Shown here: in pieces, positions 9,220 through 18,954 of the stretch
How the letters are laid out: the number at the start of each line of letters is the position of its first letter
Numbering within the stretch: the stretch's first letter is position 1
From: Candidatus Roizmanbacteria bacterium RIFCSPHIGHO2_02_FULL_40_13b
GTDB lineage: Bacteria; Patescibacteriota; Microgenomatia; UBA1406; HO2-37-13b
Direction: 5' to 3'
Length of the DNA stretch: 64,000 bases
NCBI GenBank assembly: GCA_001789445.1
Contig: MFZQ01000014.1
Location: 11,557 to 75,556, forward strand
Notes under the pieces: model-generated
Told to the model about the DNA's origin: nothing
Database searches by the model: none
What the model saw: the letters and a program-made list of their open reading frames with translations, nothing else
Made by a program: the position numbers and the translations under genes

Positions 9220-12177
9220 ATGAACCTTACTCCCACACAAAAAAAAGCTATTTCTAACAATGAAGGTCCGCTTCTTATTATCGCTGGCGCAGGAACAGGA
9301 AAAACAACTGTACTCGTTGAGAAAATAAAATATTTAGTTTCTAAAAACCTAGCAAAACCCGAGGAAATTCTCGCACTAACTTTCACCGAGAAAGCCGCAC
9401 AAGAAATAGAGGAACGCGTAGATCTCGCACTTCCAATGGGGTATTTTCAAATGCAGATAAGCACCTTCCACGCATTTTGCGACAAGATTTTACGCAACGA
9501 GATCATAAACATCGGACTTTCTCCAGCTTACACTCTTCAAACACAAGCCCAGACGATGCTATTCTTGCGCCAAAATTTACCAATCATGAATCTCACCTAT
9601 TTTCGCCCACTTTCAAATCCAAACAAGTTTCTCTATGGACTCTTGCAACATTTTTCCAGGCTTCGGGATGAAGATGTGAGTCCGGAAGAGTATGATCGTT
9701 GGATAAAAAGAGGGCTCGAGAGCTCGTCAGCTGGAGGGCTTGAGGAAAAAGGGAAGTATAAAGAGCTTGCGAAAGCATACAGCGAGTTTCAGAATCTGAA
9801 AATAAAAAATAATGTGTTCGATTTTGCGGATCTCATTTATTACACGTTGAAGTTATTTAGAACACGAAAAAAAATACTTGAGCAATACCAAAATAAGTAT
9901 AAGTACATTCTCGTTGATGAGTTTCAGGATACTAATATTGCACAGTATGCATTGATTAAGCTTTTAGCTCCGCCTAAAAGTAATAAAAGTTTGACTGTTA
10001 TTGGAGACGACAATCAAAGTATTTATAAATTTAGAGGGGCGGCAATTTCAAACATTCTCACGTTTAAAAAAGATTATAAGAAAACAAAAACTGTTGTTCT
10101 AAATGAGAACTTCCGAAGTACACAAAAAATTCTCGATGTTGCATACAAAGTTATACAAAATAATAATCCCGACACGCTCGAATCTAAACTCGGAATTTCA
10201 AAAGAATTAAAAAGTCAACAAGGTGAAGGAGCAACAGATGATATTGAATTAAAACTCAACATGAATGTAGTTCATGAAGCAGACGCTGTAATTTCCAACA
10301 TTGAAAAACGAAAAAAAGAAAATCCAAAACTTACCTTCAATGATTTTGCAATTCTCACTCGAGCAAATGCGCACATCGATCCATTTATTAAAGCGCTTTC
10401 CGCCGCAGGAATCCCATATCAGGTAAACAATCAAGGACTATTATTCAAACAACCAGAGATTAAAGATCTTATTTCATTCCTCTATATATTAAATGATGTG
10501 AATGATTCGACTGCTTTTTTTCGAGTTATTTCCATGGATATTTTTGATATTGATTCCACCGATATTGCCAAACTTGTTTCGTTTGCTCGAAAAGTTGGCG
10601 TGTCGTTTTTGGAAGCAACATCAATTTATGTAAGCTCCGAGCACGAGGATTTTCGAAATGAAAATTTTGAACAATATAAACCGTACTTACCTGTTCTGAA
10701 AATCGGTACAAAAGAAAGACTGTATAAAGTGATTACGCAAATAACCGATGGGATCTCTCGAATTAGTAAAGATAGTGCCGGACAAATTCTCTATTATTTC
10801 CTCGAAAATAGTGGCCTCATGGCAAAAATCTCGGTTATTAAAACAGAAAAGGAAGAAATAATTGCAAAAAATATCTCTCGCTTTTTTAATAAACTGAAAA
10901 GTTTTGAACTTACCCAAGTTGATGCTTCTGTAAACGCGGTTGTTGAGTATTTAACATTATGCATGGAAATGGGGGAGTCGCCCATTACTGAAAATGACGA
11001 TTGGGAACAGATGGATGCGGTCAATATTCTGACTGTCCATGGTTCAAAGGGATTGGAATTTGATACTGTTTTTTTGGTAAATCTCACAAGCGGCAGATTT
11101 CCAACAATTTATAGACGTGAACAAATTCCCCTTCCTGATGGAATTATTAAAGAATTACTTCCAACTGGAGATGCACATATGCAAGAAGAACGACGACTCT
11201 TTTATGTTGGAATAACTCGGGCAAAGAATAAGCTGTTTTTGAGTGCATCATATTTTTATGGAGAAGGGAAGCGTCGTCACAAATTATCTCCCTTTATCGA
11301 TGAAGCACTTGACCCAAAGCTTATTCAAAAAGCAAAAAATGAAACACTTGAGACTTTAGAACAATTACCTCTCTTTGACTTAGCAAAAATAAAAGATGAC
11401 TTTGAAAAAAAGCCTGAAAAAAAATCAAAAGCGCTCTCAAAAACCAAAACACTTTTCTCATACTCACAAATTCAAACGTATCAGATTTGTCCACTTCGAT
11501 ATAAATATCAGTACGTTGTAAAACTACCAGTAACTGCCGGATTTGCCGCCTCATTTGGAGACTCGATGCATAAGGCTCTTCAATATTTTTATACTCTCCA
11601 CTTGAAAGATATGCATCCGACCCTCGATGATTTATACGATCTGTATTATAAGTACTGGGTTCCAGTGGGGTATGGATCTAAACAGTATGAGGAGAAAGTT
11701 AAAAATGAAGGAAAAAGGTTACTTCAAGAATTTTACGATACGTACCATTCAGAAAATATTCAGATTGCCGGACTTGAACAGTGGTTTAAGATTAAGATTA
11801 CAGATTCTATCTTTATTTCAGGGAAAATAGATCGCATTGACTTAATTGAAAATGACTCCATTGAAATTATCGATTATAAAACTGGAAAAGTACCGACCGA
11901 TGCAGAACTCAAAAAAGAAATGCAGCTCGCCCTTTATGCACTTGCGGCAACTGATAAGTCTTTGTATGCAAAAGATCTTTCTCAAATAAAATTGACATAT
12001 TATTACCTGCAAGAAAATAAGAAAATGAGTCTAACTCGAACACAAAAAGATATTGATACAGTTATTGAAACGGTTTCCCAGACTGCTCAAGCTATTCAAT
12101 CCGGAAACTTTGAGCCACGAGTTGGTCCCTGGTGCGGCTTTTGTCCGTTTAAGATCAACTGCGAGGTATGGCAGTAG
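9220..12177 (+). CDS. UvrD-family helicase fused to a PD-(D/E)XK nuclease with putative Fe-S cysteines
   Basis: AGAGTGKT, VDEFQD, TVHGSKGLEF, EERRLFYV. C-terminus has CPLRY, GKIDRID..IIDYKTG and CGFCPFKINC. Confidence 0.9.
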   Translation: MNLTPTQKKAISNNEGPLLIIAGAGTGKTTVLVEKIKYLVSKNLAKPEEILALTFTEKAAQEIEERVDLALPMGYFQMQISTFHAFCDKILRNEIINIGLSPAYTLQTQAQTMLFLRQNLPIMNLTYFRPLSNPNKFLYGLLQHFSRLRDEDVSPEEYDRWIKRGLESSSAGGLEEKGKYKELAKAYSEFQNLKIKNNVFDFADLIYYTLKLFRTRKKILEQYQNKYKYILVDEFQDTNIAQYALIKLLAPPKSNKSLTVIGDDNQSIYKFRGAAISNILTFKKDYKKTKTVVLNENFRSTQKILDVAYKVIQNNNPDTLESKLGISKELKSQQGEGATDDIELKLNMNVVHEADAVISNIEKRKKENPKLTFNDFAILTRANAHIDPFIKALSAAGIPYQVNNQGLLFKQPEIKDLISFLYILNDVNDSTAFFRVISMDIFDIDSTDIAKLVSFARKVGVSFLEATSIYVSSEHEDFRNENFEQYKPYLPVLKIGTKERLYKVITQITDGISRISKDSAGQILYYFLENSGLMAKISVIKTEKEEIIAKNISRFFNKLKSFELTQVDASVNAVVEYLTLCMEMGESPITENDDWEQMDAVNILTVHGSKGLEFDTVFLVNLTSGRFPTIYRREQIPLPDGIIKELLPTGDAHMQEERRLFYVGITRAKNKLFLSASYFYGEGKRRHKLSPFIDEALDPKLIQKAKNETLETLEQLPLFDLAKIKDDFEKKPEKKSKALSKTKTLFSYSQIQTYQICPLRYKYQYVVKLPVTAGFAASFGDSMHKALQYFYTLHLKDMHPTLDDLYDLYYKYWVPVGYGSKQYEEKVKNEGKRLLQEFYDTYHSENIQIAGLEQWFKIKITDSIFISGKIDRIDLIENDSIEIIDYKTGKVPTDAELKKEMQLALYALAATDKSLYAKDLSQIKLTYYYLQENKKMSLTRTQKDIDTVIETVSQTAQAIQSGNFEPRVGPWCGFCPFKINCEVWQ

Positions 12178-12195
12178 CAATTTAATAAAATATTT

Positions 12196-13518
12196 TCATA
12201 GACTTGAGCCAGGTAATTGAGATGCTTCTGAATAGAATAAATCTCCTTTATCATCATCTCTTTCACATGTAATTTGAATTATATCCTGAGGAGACATTAC
12301 TATTGATGCCGCTTTATAAACACCAGTATTCCATACAGTTCTAGTTCTGGTTGGATTATGTGATTCAGGTATGAATCCGTCTCCTGTATAGAAATACTCC
12401 GCATTATTTGATCGCCGAAGGTCTTCAATTAGCGTTTGCCAAAATACTCTATCGTGACTTGCGCCATGTTTTTCGGCCGTAGCATGAGCAAAAGCATTGA
12501 ATAATGGCCAGTCTCCTCCATTATGATAATCCCCTGGTAAATATTGTCGATTAAATTCTCTTGGATTTAGATAACCTCCATCTTCTGTAGCAACTACAGG
12601 TATTCCTCCAGAATTTTTTGGTAGGCTATATACTGTTTCTAAAACAATTGAATCAGAAAGTAATTGCTCTCCAAATAATGCCATAGCTAAAAATTCGCCA
12701 GTAAGCGAGCTCACATCTGTGTATGGTTGTGAACGAGAAAATTGAAGTCTACCAGACGAATGTTGCAGTTGTTGATATCCATCAACTGCCTCCGCTATTT
12801 CTGATCCATTTCCCAAACCAAGACGTGTCACTGCAACAGTTGTAGCAGCATAAATACCTTGAGTATAAGTATTAACATCAGCACGTGGAAAATGATATGT
12901 ATCAAACCAACTATGCTCAGTACCTGCTGGTGAAACATATTGTCCAAATTGTGTATGAGATTGGACCCATTCCCACCGTTGTCTCCATCTTGATTGTTCA
13001 TTTGCTTCAACTGGTTCTCCACTTTGAGCAAGTTTCGCTCGCCAAATAAGACCAAGCATTGTTGATTCATCGTCAAATGCCCACGTACGTGTACCTGGAA
13101 ATAAACGCGTCGTTGGTAAGTGTCCAGATGTGTCAGCTTTATCAAATTGTGATAATACATGGGCTTCAAAATCAGGCTCATCAATAAATAAAGTTCCATA
13201 AAATGAATCACGAACCCAATTATCACAATGAAATGGACTAGCTCTTAAGAAAGCTTGTTTTGGCATATATACTATATTTTGATTTAATAAATCAAATGCG
13301 GGCTGAAGATGTTCATGAATTTCTTTTTGTCTTTCAAGGTTATCCTGAATCCTTCGAAGTTCAGGAGTTAAAAAAGGGGCCGTTAGTACATTGATCGCTC
13401 GTACGTCAGTTCCTAAAGTATGGTATGCTCTTCGTGTACCAACTCCAAGTGGAGTTTTCGGTCCAGTTTCAAATTCTGGCTGTGATAAATGCAACAAACC
13501 TTCGATATTTTTAGACAT
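12196..13518 (-). CDS. Putative six-hairpin (alpha/alpha) glycoside hydrolase-like protein
   Basis: WVRDSFY and GDYHNGGDWP resemble the WxRD and YHNGxxWP motifs of amylo-alpha-1,6-glucosidase-like enzymes. Start placed after TGCTATAAT. Confidence 0.5.
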   Translation of the reverse strand: MSKNIEGLLHLSQPEFETGPKTPLGVGTRRAYHTLGTDVRAINVLTAPFLTPELRRIQDNLERQKEIHEHLQPAFDLLNQNIVYMPKQAFLRASPFHCDNWVRDSFYGTLFIDEPDFEAHVLSQFDKADTSGHLPTTRLFPGTRTWAFDDESTMLGLIWRAKLAQSGEPVEANEQSRWRQRWEWVQSHTQFGQYVSPAGTEHSWFDTYHFPRADVNTYTQGIYAATTVAVTRLGLGNGSEIAEAVDGYQQLQHSSGRLQFSRSQPYTDVSSLTGEFLAMALFGEQLLSDSIVLETVYSLPKNSGGIPVVATEDGGYLNPREFNRQYLPGDYHNGGDWPLFNAFAHATAEKHGASHDRVFWQTLIEDLRRSNNAEYFYTGDGFIPESHNPTRTRTVWNTGVYKAASIVMSPQDIIQITCERDDDKGDLFYSEASQLPGSSL

Positions 13519-13569
13519 TGGGAGCAATTATAGCAAAAGAATAACAATATAGAGAGATTATTATTATAT

Positions 13570-14562
13570 TCATCCCATCCTCATTACCTTCTTCCTTACG
13601 TTGTATGCAATATTATATATATTATACAGCAGGGGAGACACGATGAGATCTCGCCCACTGACGAGTTCTACAAACTTCGTCCCATACCCTTCCTTAAATC
13701 GGGTAAACCCCGCCCACGGATCATTTTGCTCATAGTTTGGCGGCAGTGAGCCCCACATATCAAACCGCGTACAACCATGTTTTTTTCCAAAAAGAATCGC
13801 TTCCCACATGAGCAAATTTGGTGCCATGAGGTTGCGATAATCAACGGATGAACCACCATACGGATAGTATAAGACGTCGTTAAATGTAAATAATTCATAA
13901 GAGGCGAGGGGAGTGTTTCCCCGAAACGCAATTAAAATATGCGCAATCCCCTCTTTAAAATTGTTAAAGATGGTTTCATGATATTTTTTATTATGTCCAT
14001 AATACTGTTGCCTACTGGCAGTGCCAAAGTACAGTCCTACAAAGACGTTAAATCCAGTTTCGTTTGTCATTTCCCGCACTACAATTCCATTTTTTTGTGC
14101 AACTTTTATGTTATACCGTGTTTTTGGTTTTAATTTTTTCATCAACTCCTCTTCAGAAAGTCGTAGATCGAGCATTTGTGTCCATTTGGGAAATAGTGGA
14201 TGCGGTGACTTAACAAGATGTGGATGATATGACTGGCTCGGCTGGCCTTTTTCTACATACGGCTCAACTTTTATAAAAATACAATTTCGTCTTTGACCTC
14301 CAATTTGTAAAAAATGAAGAACATCTTTGTTAGGAAATACTGATCGAGGTAGATACCCAATTTTGAATGGAATTTTGGGAATCTTGTGAAACGTTACCTG
14401 AAACACATTCTTTAACACGTCATCACGAAACTCCCCAATTCGCAACACCTCAATCCCCATTTTTTTGCGCGCCTCTCCCCATTCCCACGACTGCAACGGA
14501 TGTGGGGCAACCCGATTATATTTTTCCCTATCAAAGTCGTCTTTTATGATTTCTATTTTCAT
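13570..14562 (-). CDS. FemABX/MurM-family peptidoglycan aminoacyltransferase
   Basis: LQSWEWGE, KTRYNIKVA, YGGSS, FDMWG, GFTRFKEGYG. Confidence 0.88.
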   Translation of the reverse strand: MKIEIIKDDFDREKYNRVAPHPLQSWEWGEARKKMGIEVLRIGEFRDDVLKNVFQVTFHKIPKIPFKIGYLPRSVFPNKDVLHFLQIGGQRRNCIFIKVEPYVEKGQPSQSYHPHLVKSPHPLFPKWTQMLDLRLSEEELMKKLKPKTRYNIKVAQKNGIVVREMTNETGFNVFVGLYFGTASRQQYYGHNKKYHETIFNNFKEGIAHILIAFRGNTPLASYELFTFNDVLYYPYGGSSVDYRNLMAPNLLMWEAILFGKKHGCTRFDMWGSLPPNYEQNDPWAGFTRFKEGYGTKFVELVSGRDLIVSPLLYNIYNIAYNVRKKVMRMG

Positions 14563-14605
14563 AAGCTAATTTAAGGTTTATTAATTATAAACATATATAA
14601 GCGTA

Positions 14606-14678
14606 GATACCCGTTTTGAGAACAACTGGGGTGCCAGTTTTAAGCGGGGGTCCCCACTTGTTCGAGAAACTGGGTATC
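14606..14678 (+). ncRNA. Candidate structured RNA hairpin, copy A
   Basis: GATAC..GTTTT-GA-GAACAA-CT-GGG..CCC-AC-TTGTTC-GA-GAAAC..GTATC. Structural homolog at 38996-39068. Confidence 0.45.
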
Positions 14679-14704
14679 AAGCGATCTTACTGACTTCCAC
14701 GAGC

Positions 14705-14748
14705 TTCACACCGAGATCCTTCACCGCCAGCCGGCGGTTCAGGATGAC
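14705..14748. repeat. REP-like palindromic repeat with nested insert
   Basis: ttcacaccgagatccttcac[cgccagccggcg]gttcaggatgac is the reverse complement of 36412-36446 except for the bracketed part. Confidence 0.8.
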
Positions 14749-14763
14749 AGAGTATCTAGCTCT

Positions 14764-16551
14764 CTAGCCCTCCAGCTCTCTACTTTCATCTATAAACCTC
14801 GATACCTGCGCATAACTACTTCTTCCAAACGCAAACCGTCTCCCCACATACGTTATAAATAATTTTCGCATCGCACGCGTTATTCCAACGTAAAAAAGCC
14901 TGCGTTCTTCTTCAAGTTCATACAAATCATCAACTGATCGGCTATGCGGCAAGATCCCTTCTTCAAGTCCAATTATAAACACAAACGGAAACTCCAGCCC
15001 CTTTGCCTGATGAAGCGTCATCAAATGCACTCCCTTTTTGCCTTGAGCCTGTCGAAGAGTCTTCTCATTTTGAGAGTATTCCGATTCAACGAGCGCCACT
15101 TGTTCCAAAAACTCTCCAATCTTATTATGCGTTGTAGCTACGACCCGAAGTTCTTTAATATTTTCAAGCCGTGAAAAATCTTCCTCTGTTTCTCCATTAT
15201 ACAGATCACCATACTTAGTTTGTAGTAAAATCGCATCCAAAATATCCACACTGTCAGCCTCTTCTAATTTATCTTTGTAAAGCTCATATACTTTTTCAAA
15301 TTGCTCAAACCTGCGTTTCCCAATTTTTACTGCTCGATCGCTTGAAATCTCATCGTCCGGGTTCATTACAAGACGCATATACGAAAGTAAGTCTTTTATT
15401 TCTTTCCGCTCATAGAATCTCGTTCCTCCAATTAATACATACGGAATTCCCATATGTAAAAATGATTCTTCCACCGCCCGAGACTGTGCGTTGATTCGAT
15501 ATAGAACTGCAAAGTCCTGATACTTGCATTCTCCTCCTTGAACAAGATTTTCAATTTGTCCTGCAACGTAGAGGCCCTCGTATTCTTCGTTATCAAGCTT
15601 TTCTATCTCGACAAGCTCCCCTCTCCCCTTTTGTGTAAAAACTTTGAGAATTGGGTGCGTGTGATTTTGATTAATTACATTATATGCAAAATCAAGAATA
15701 TTTTGTGTTGACCGATAATTTTCTTTCAAATAAAACGTTTCACAATTTTCAAAATTTTCTTTAAACTTCTCAAGATTTCTAATCTGTGCACCACGCCATG
15801 AATAGATACTTTGGGAGAAGTCGCCAACAATTGTTACATTATTTTCTTTCTTTCCGAGTTGCCGAGTAAGTTGATACTGTGCGAAATTTGTATCTTGAAA
15901 TTCATCAACAAGGATGTACTTAAATTGTTGGTGATACTTATCAAGAATTTCTGGATGCTTATCAAAGAGCATAACGGTTTTGTAAATTAAATCATCAAAA
16001 TCAACCGCATTATTTTTCTCAAGTCGTTTTTGGTACGCACTGTATACTGGGCCAACCATTCGGCCAATAAAGTCTTTAAACATTTCAGCATATTTTTCAG
16101 GAGAAATAAGTTCATCTTTTGCTGAAGAAATTCTCCCCAAAAAAAAATTTCCCGTGTATCTTTTATCAATATCTTGATCAACTAGTACCTTTTTTATAAG
16201 ATTTTCTTGATCATCCCGGTCATAAATAACAAAATTTGACCCAATACCATCAACTGCACCGTACCTGCGGAGAACTCGTACACAAAATGAGTGAAACGTT
16301 CCAACAAATCCAATCGTGACTTCCTCTTTATATAGCCGCTCCTTCATCTCACCAGCCGCTTTATTCGTGAAGGTTATAAGAATAATCGAGGATTGTGGAA
16401 CTTTGTCGTTCTTAATTAGATTGACAACTTTTTTAATGAGAACACGCGTTTTACCCGATCCAGCCCCAGCAAGAATAAGAGATGGGCCAGATGTATGCAT
16501 TACCGCTTTTTTTTGTGCTTCATTTAGTTCGTTGAATAGCTCACACTTCAT
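14764..16551 (-). CDS. pcrA: ATP-dependent DNA helicase PcrA/UvrD
   Basis: AGAGSGKT, TFTNKAA, VDEFQDTN, TLHQAKGLEF, EERRLFYVGITRA. Start moved to 16551. Confidence 0.92.
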   Translation of the reverse strand: MKCELFNELNEAQKKAVMHTSGPSLILAGAGSGKTRVLIKKVVNLIKNDKVPQSSIILITFTNKAAGEMKERLYKEEVTIGFVGTFHSFCVRVLRRYGAVDGIGSNFVIYDRDDQENLIKKVLVDQDIDKRYTGNFFLGRISSAKDELISPEKYAEMFKDFIGRMVGPVYSAYQKRLEKNNAVDFDDLIYKTVMLFDKHPEILDKYHQQFKYILVDEFQDTNFAQYQLTRQLGKKENNVTIVGDFSQSIYSWRGAQIRNLEKFKENFENCETFYLKENYRSTQNILDFAYNVINQNHTHPILKVFTQKGRGELVEIEKLDNEEYEGLYVAGQIENLVQGGECKYQDFAVLYRINAQSRAVEESFLHMGIPYVLIGGTRFYERKEIKDLLSYMRLVMNPDDEISSDRAVKIGKRRFEQFEKVYELYKDKLEEADSVDILDAILLQTKYGDLYNGETEEDFSRLENIKELRVVATTHNKIGEFLEQVALVESEYSQNEKTLRQAQGKKGVHLMTLHQAKGLEFPFVFIIGLEEGILPHSRSVDDLYELEEERRLFYVGITRAMRKLFITYVGRRFAFGRSSYAQVSRFIDESRELEG

Positions 16552-16567
16552 GGTATATAATCTTACC

Positions 16568-17221
16568 ATGAAATACGTCGTAGCAAACCTCAAAGCACAC
16601 AAAAGTGTCGATGAGACAATGGCCTGGTTACACGAGTTTATGGCCCAAGACCTCGAGAAGTTTTCAAATATCGTTGAAATTATTATCGCTCCCTCGTTTC
16701 TCGCACTTGAAAGCACATATAAAATCCTCAAAGATTTATCTATCAGTCTTTGCAGTCAAGATCTCTCTTCCCTTTCACCCGGCGCGTATACGGGTGAGGT
16801 TAGCGCACAAGCACTCAAATCATTTGTGAAGTATACACTTATTGGTCATAGCGAGCGCAGAAGAGTACTTAAAGAATCAGATGAGCTCCTCAACCAAAAG
16901 GTTGTTCAAGCAAATAGTGCGGGTATTATTCCAATTTACTTTATGAATGGTGAAAACACAGATGTTCCAGCGAATGTACATCACATAGTGTATGAACCAG
17001 CAGGAGCAATTGGAGTTGGAAATGAAATAAGTATCGATCATGTTATTGAGATTAGAAAGCAAGCTGATCCTGAAAATAAATATACTTTTTTTTATGGAGG
17101 ATCAGTGTCACCAGAAAATGCTGAAACATATATAAATAATGAAACGATTGATGGAGTGATTATTGGTACCGAGGCACTAGATCCTATTCGTTTTTACAAA
17201 ATACTCTGCACTATCATTTAA
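16568..17221 (+). CDS. tpiA: Triosephosphate isomerase
   Basis: ANLK, GAYTGEVS, GHSERR, YEP..AIG, YGGSV. Confidence 0.9.
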   Translation: MKYVVANLKAHKSVDETMAWLHEFMAQDLEKFSNIVEIIIAPSFLALESTYKILKDLSISLCSQDLSSLSPGAYTGEVSAQALKSFVKYTLIGHSERRRVLKESDELLNQKVVQANSAGIIPIYFMNGENTDVPANVHHIVYEPAGAIGVGNEISIDHVIEIRKQADPENKYTFFYGGSVSPENAETYINNETIDGVIIGTEALDPIRFYKILCTII

Positions 17222-18244
17222 ATGAATAGAAAAAGGTTTAAAGTATCGCTTTTTTTGCTTTTTTTAATAACTATTCTTGGATTTTTATTATTTCCGTACT
17301 ATCAATTTGTTGGGCGAGTGACCGGAAGATCTCCAATTGCACTTCTTTTATTAAATAATCACTTTAAAAAAACAAATAACACGGTAAATATTTTATTACT
17401 TGGAAAGGCTGGCGGAAACAATGATGGTCCAAATCTCACCGATTCAATAACAGTTGCTTCATACAACCTCAACACTAAAAAAGTGTATCTCATCTCAATT
17501 CCCCGTGATATTTGGAGTCAAACCCTCAACGAAAAAATTAATGCGGCATATGCATTTGGAGAAGCTAAGAAAGCAGGTGGAGGAATGATACTTTCGTCAG
17601 CCGAAATTGGGTCTGTTGTTGATCTGCCAATTCATTATGCAATTGTTATCGATTTTGAGAAGTTTCAAACAATAATTGATTCAGTTGGAGGAGTTGATGT
17701 GGATGTTACGCATTCATTTGTTGATAACAAGTATCCACGCCCGGGGAAAGAAAATGATACGTGTAACGGTGATCCGGAGTATCTGTGTCGATACGAAACG
17801 ATTAGTTTTCAAGCAGGAATGCATCATATGAATGGTGAAACAGCGCTTAAATTTGCCCGTTCTCGTAATGCAGAAGGTGATGAAGGGTCTGATTTTGCTC
17901 GTAGTGCTCGTCAGCAAAAAATATTTCAGTCACTTAGAGTAAAAGCACAACAAATTGCAAAAAGTGGAAATTTAAAAAAAATTGAAGCGTTATATAATTC
18001 CTTTGATCGTGCCATCGAAAGAAATATTAAAAACGATGAAGTGGCTTTTTTAGCTAAAAAAATAGTTTTTAGTGGTGGAATTCATGAAATTACTGTACCG
18101 CTACCTGAAGATTTATTCATCGTTCCGAACGTTACTGATTATTACGGAAAATATGTACTTATCCCCGCAACGGGAAACTTTGATAGGATTCATGAATATG
18201 TGAAATGTGCTCTTTTGGATAAAGAGATTTGCTTACAAAGCTAA
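17222..18244 (+). CDS. LytR-CpsA-Psr (LCP) family protein
   Basis: N-terminal TM, TDSI, SIPRD, KINAAY, FARSR, DFARSARQQ. Confidence 0.9.
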   Translation: MNRKRFKVSLFLLFLITILGFLLFPYYQFVGRVTGRSPIALLLLNNHFKKTNNTVNILLLGKAGGNNDGPNLTDSITVASYNLNTKKVYLISIPRDIWSQTLNEKINAAYAFGEAKKAGGGMILSSAEIGSVVDLPIHYAIVIDFEKFQTIIDSVGGVDVDVTHSFVDNKYPRPGKENDTCNGDPEYLCRYETISFQAGMHHMNGETALKFARSRNAEGDEGSDFARSARQQKIFQSLRVKAQQIAKSGNLKKIEALYNSFDRAIERNIKNDEVAFLAKKIVFSGGIHEITVPLPEDLFIVPNVTDYYGKYVLIPATGNFDRIHEYVKCALLDKEICLQS

Positions 18245-18937
18245 TGCCAATGCTAAAAAAATAATTGGAATAACTGCAAAAAATATACTTGCTTGAAAAT
18301 TTCCGGAAACTACCAGAGTTGGTTCACTTGTTAGTGAAGACATAGTTGTAATCGTTGCAGATTGTGAAGAAATAGTTGATGAAGAGACGGTGTCGGTGAC
18401 CTGCCCTGTTGGAGAAGGTACTTGAGAAGGAGAGGAGTCAGCCTGCCCGCCGGTGCCTGAGCTAGCTTCAGTAGGCGATGGCAGACGAGAAAATGTTTCG
18501 GTGTTTGGATCAAATGGAATTTCTTTTTGTTCGTTAAATGGAGAGGTGGGCTGAACGCTTATAATTTCAATTACTTGTGTTGGAACTGGAGTTACGACTT
18601 TTGCTGTTTCTTTTATTTTTTTGGGAGTTTTTGAAAGTGTAAATCCGAGGATGATAATAATAACTAAAATCAATAAGACTCCAAGTAAAATAAAAATGAG
18701 TGTTTTATTTACCGGAGAAGTAATCGTCTCTTCTAATTGATGCATATTTAATGGAGTTGCATGCATTTGAGGATCGCCTGTTGCATTCCCATCAAAATCA
18801 GGAATCACTGGATTAATTGTTGTAGTTTTTTTATGAAAAAAAAGATGACGGAGTTCAAAAAGAAGCACGAAAATTGTTATGATAAATGCAACGATAGCAA
18901 TCAAATTAACTGATTTAATAAGTTCTACAAAATCCAT
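18233..18937 (-). CDS. Membrane protein with Ser/Thr/Pro-rich stalk and C-terminal anchor
   Basis: Two TM segments, low-complexity stalk, TLVVSG followed by a terminal TM helix. Confidence 0.65.
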   Translation of the reverse strand: MDFVELIKSVNLIAIVAFIITIFVLLFELRHLFFHKKTTTINPVIPDFDGNATGDPQMHATPLNMHQLEETITSPVNKTLIFILLGVLLILVIIIILGFTLSKTPKKIKETAKVVTPVPTQVIEIISVQPTSPFNEQKEIPFDPNTETFSRLPSPTEASSGTGGQADSSPSQVPSPTGQVTDTVSSSTISSQSATITTMSSLTSEPTLVVSGNFQASIFFAVIPIIFLALALAL

Positions 18938-18954
18938 ACATTCTTGCTACTAAT

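Noticed and set aside
9220-12177. Helicase-nuclease fusion as a novel defence system
   Set aside because: It fits the known AddA/AdnAB-like repair architecture and sits in a housekeeping context.
14606-14678. SRP RNA, 6S RNA or a known ribozyme
   Set aside because: No SRP GGAA tetraloop/AGCAG motif, no convincing 6S closing stem and central bubble, and no hammerhead CUGANGA core. Kept as an unknown motif.
16316-16731. Long N-terminal extensions of tpiA and pcrA in the ORF track
   Set aside because: Each is the antisense of the other gene. Homology starts at 16568 and 16551.
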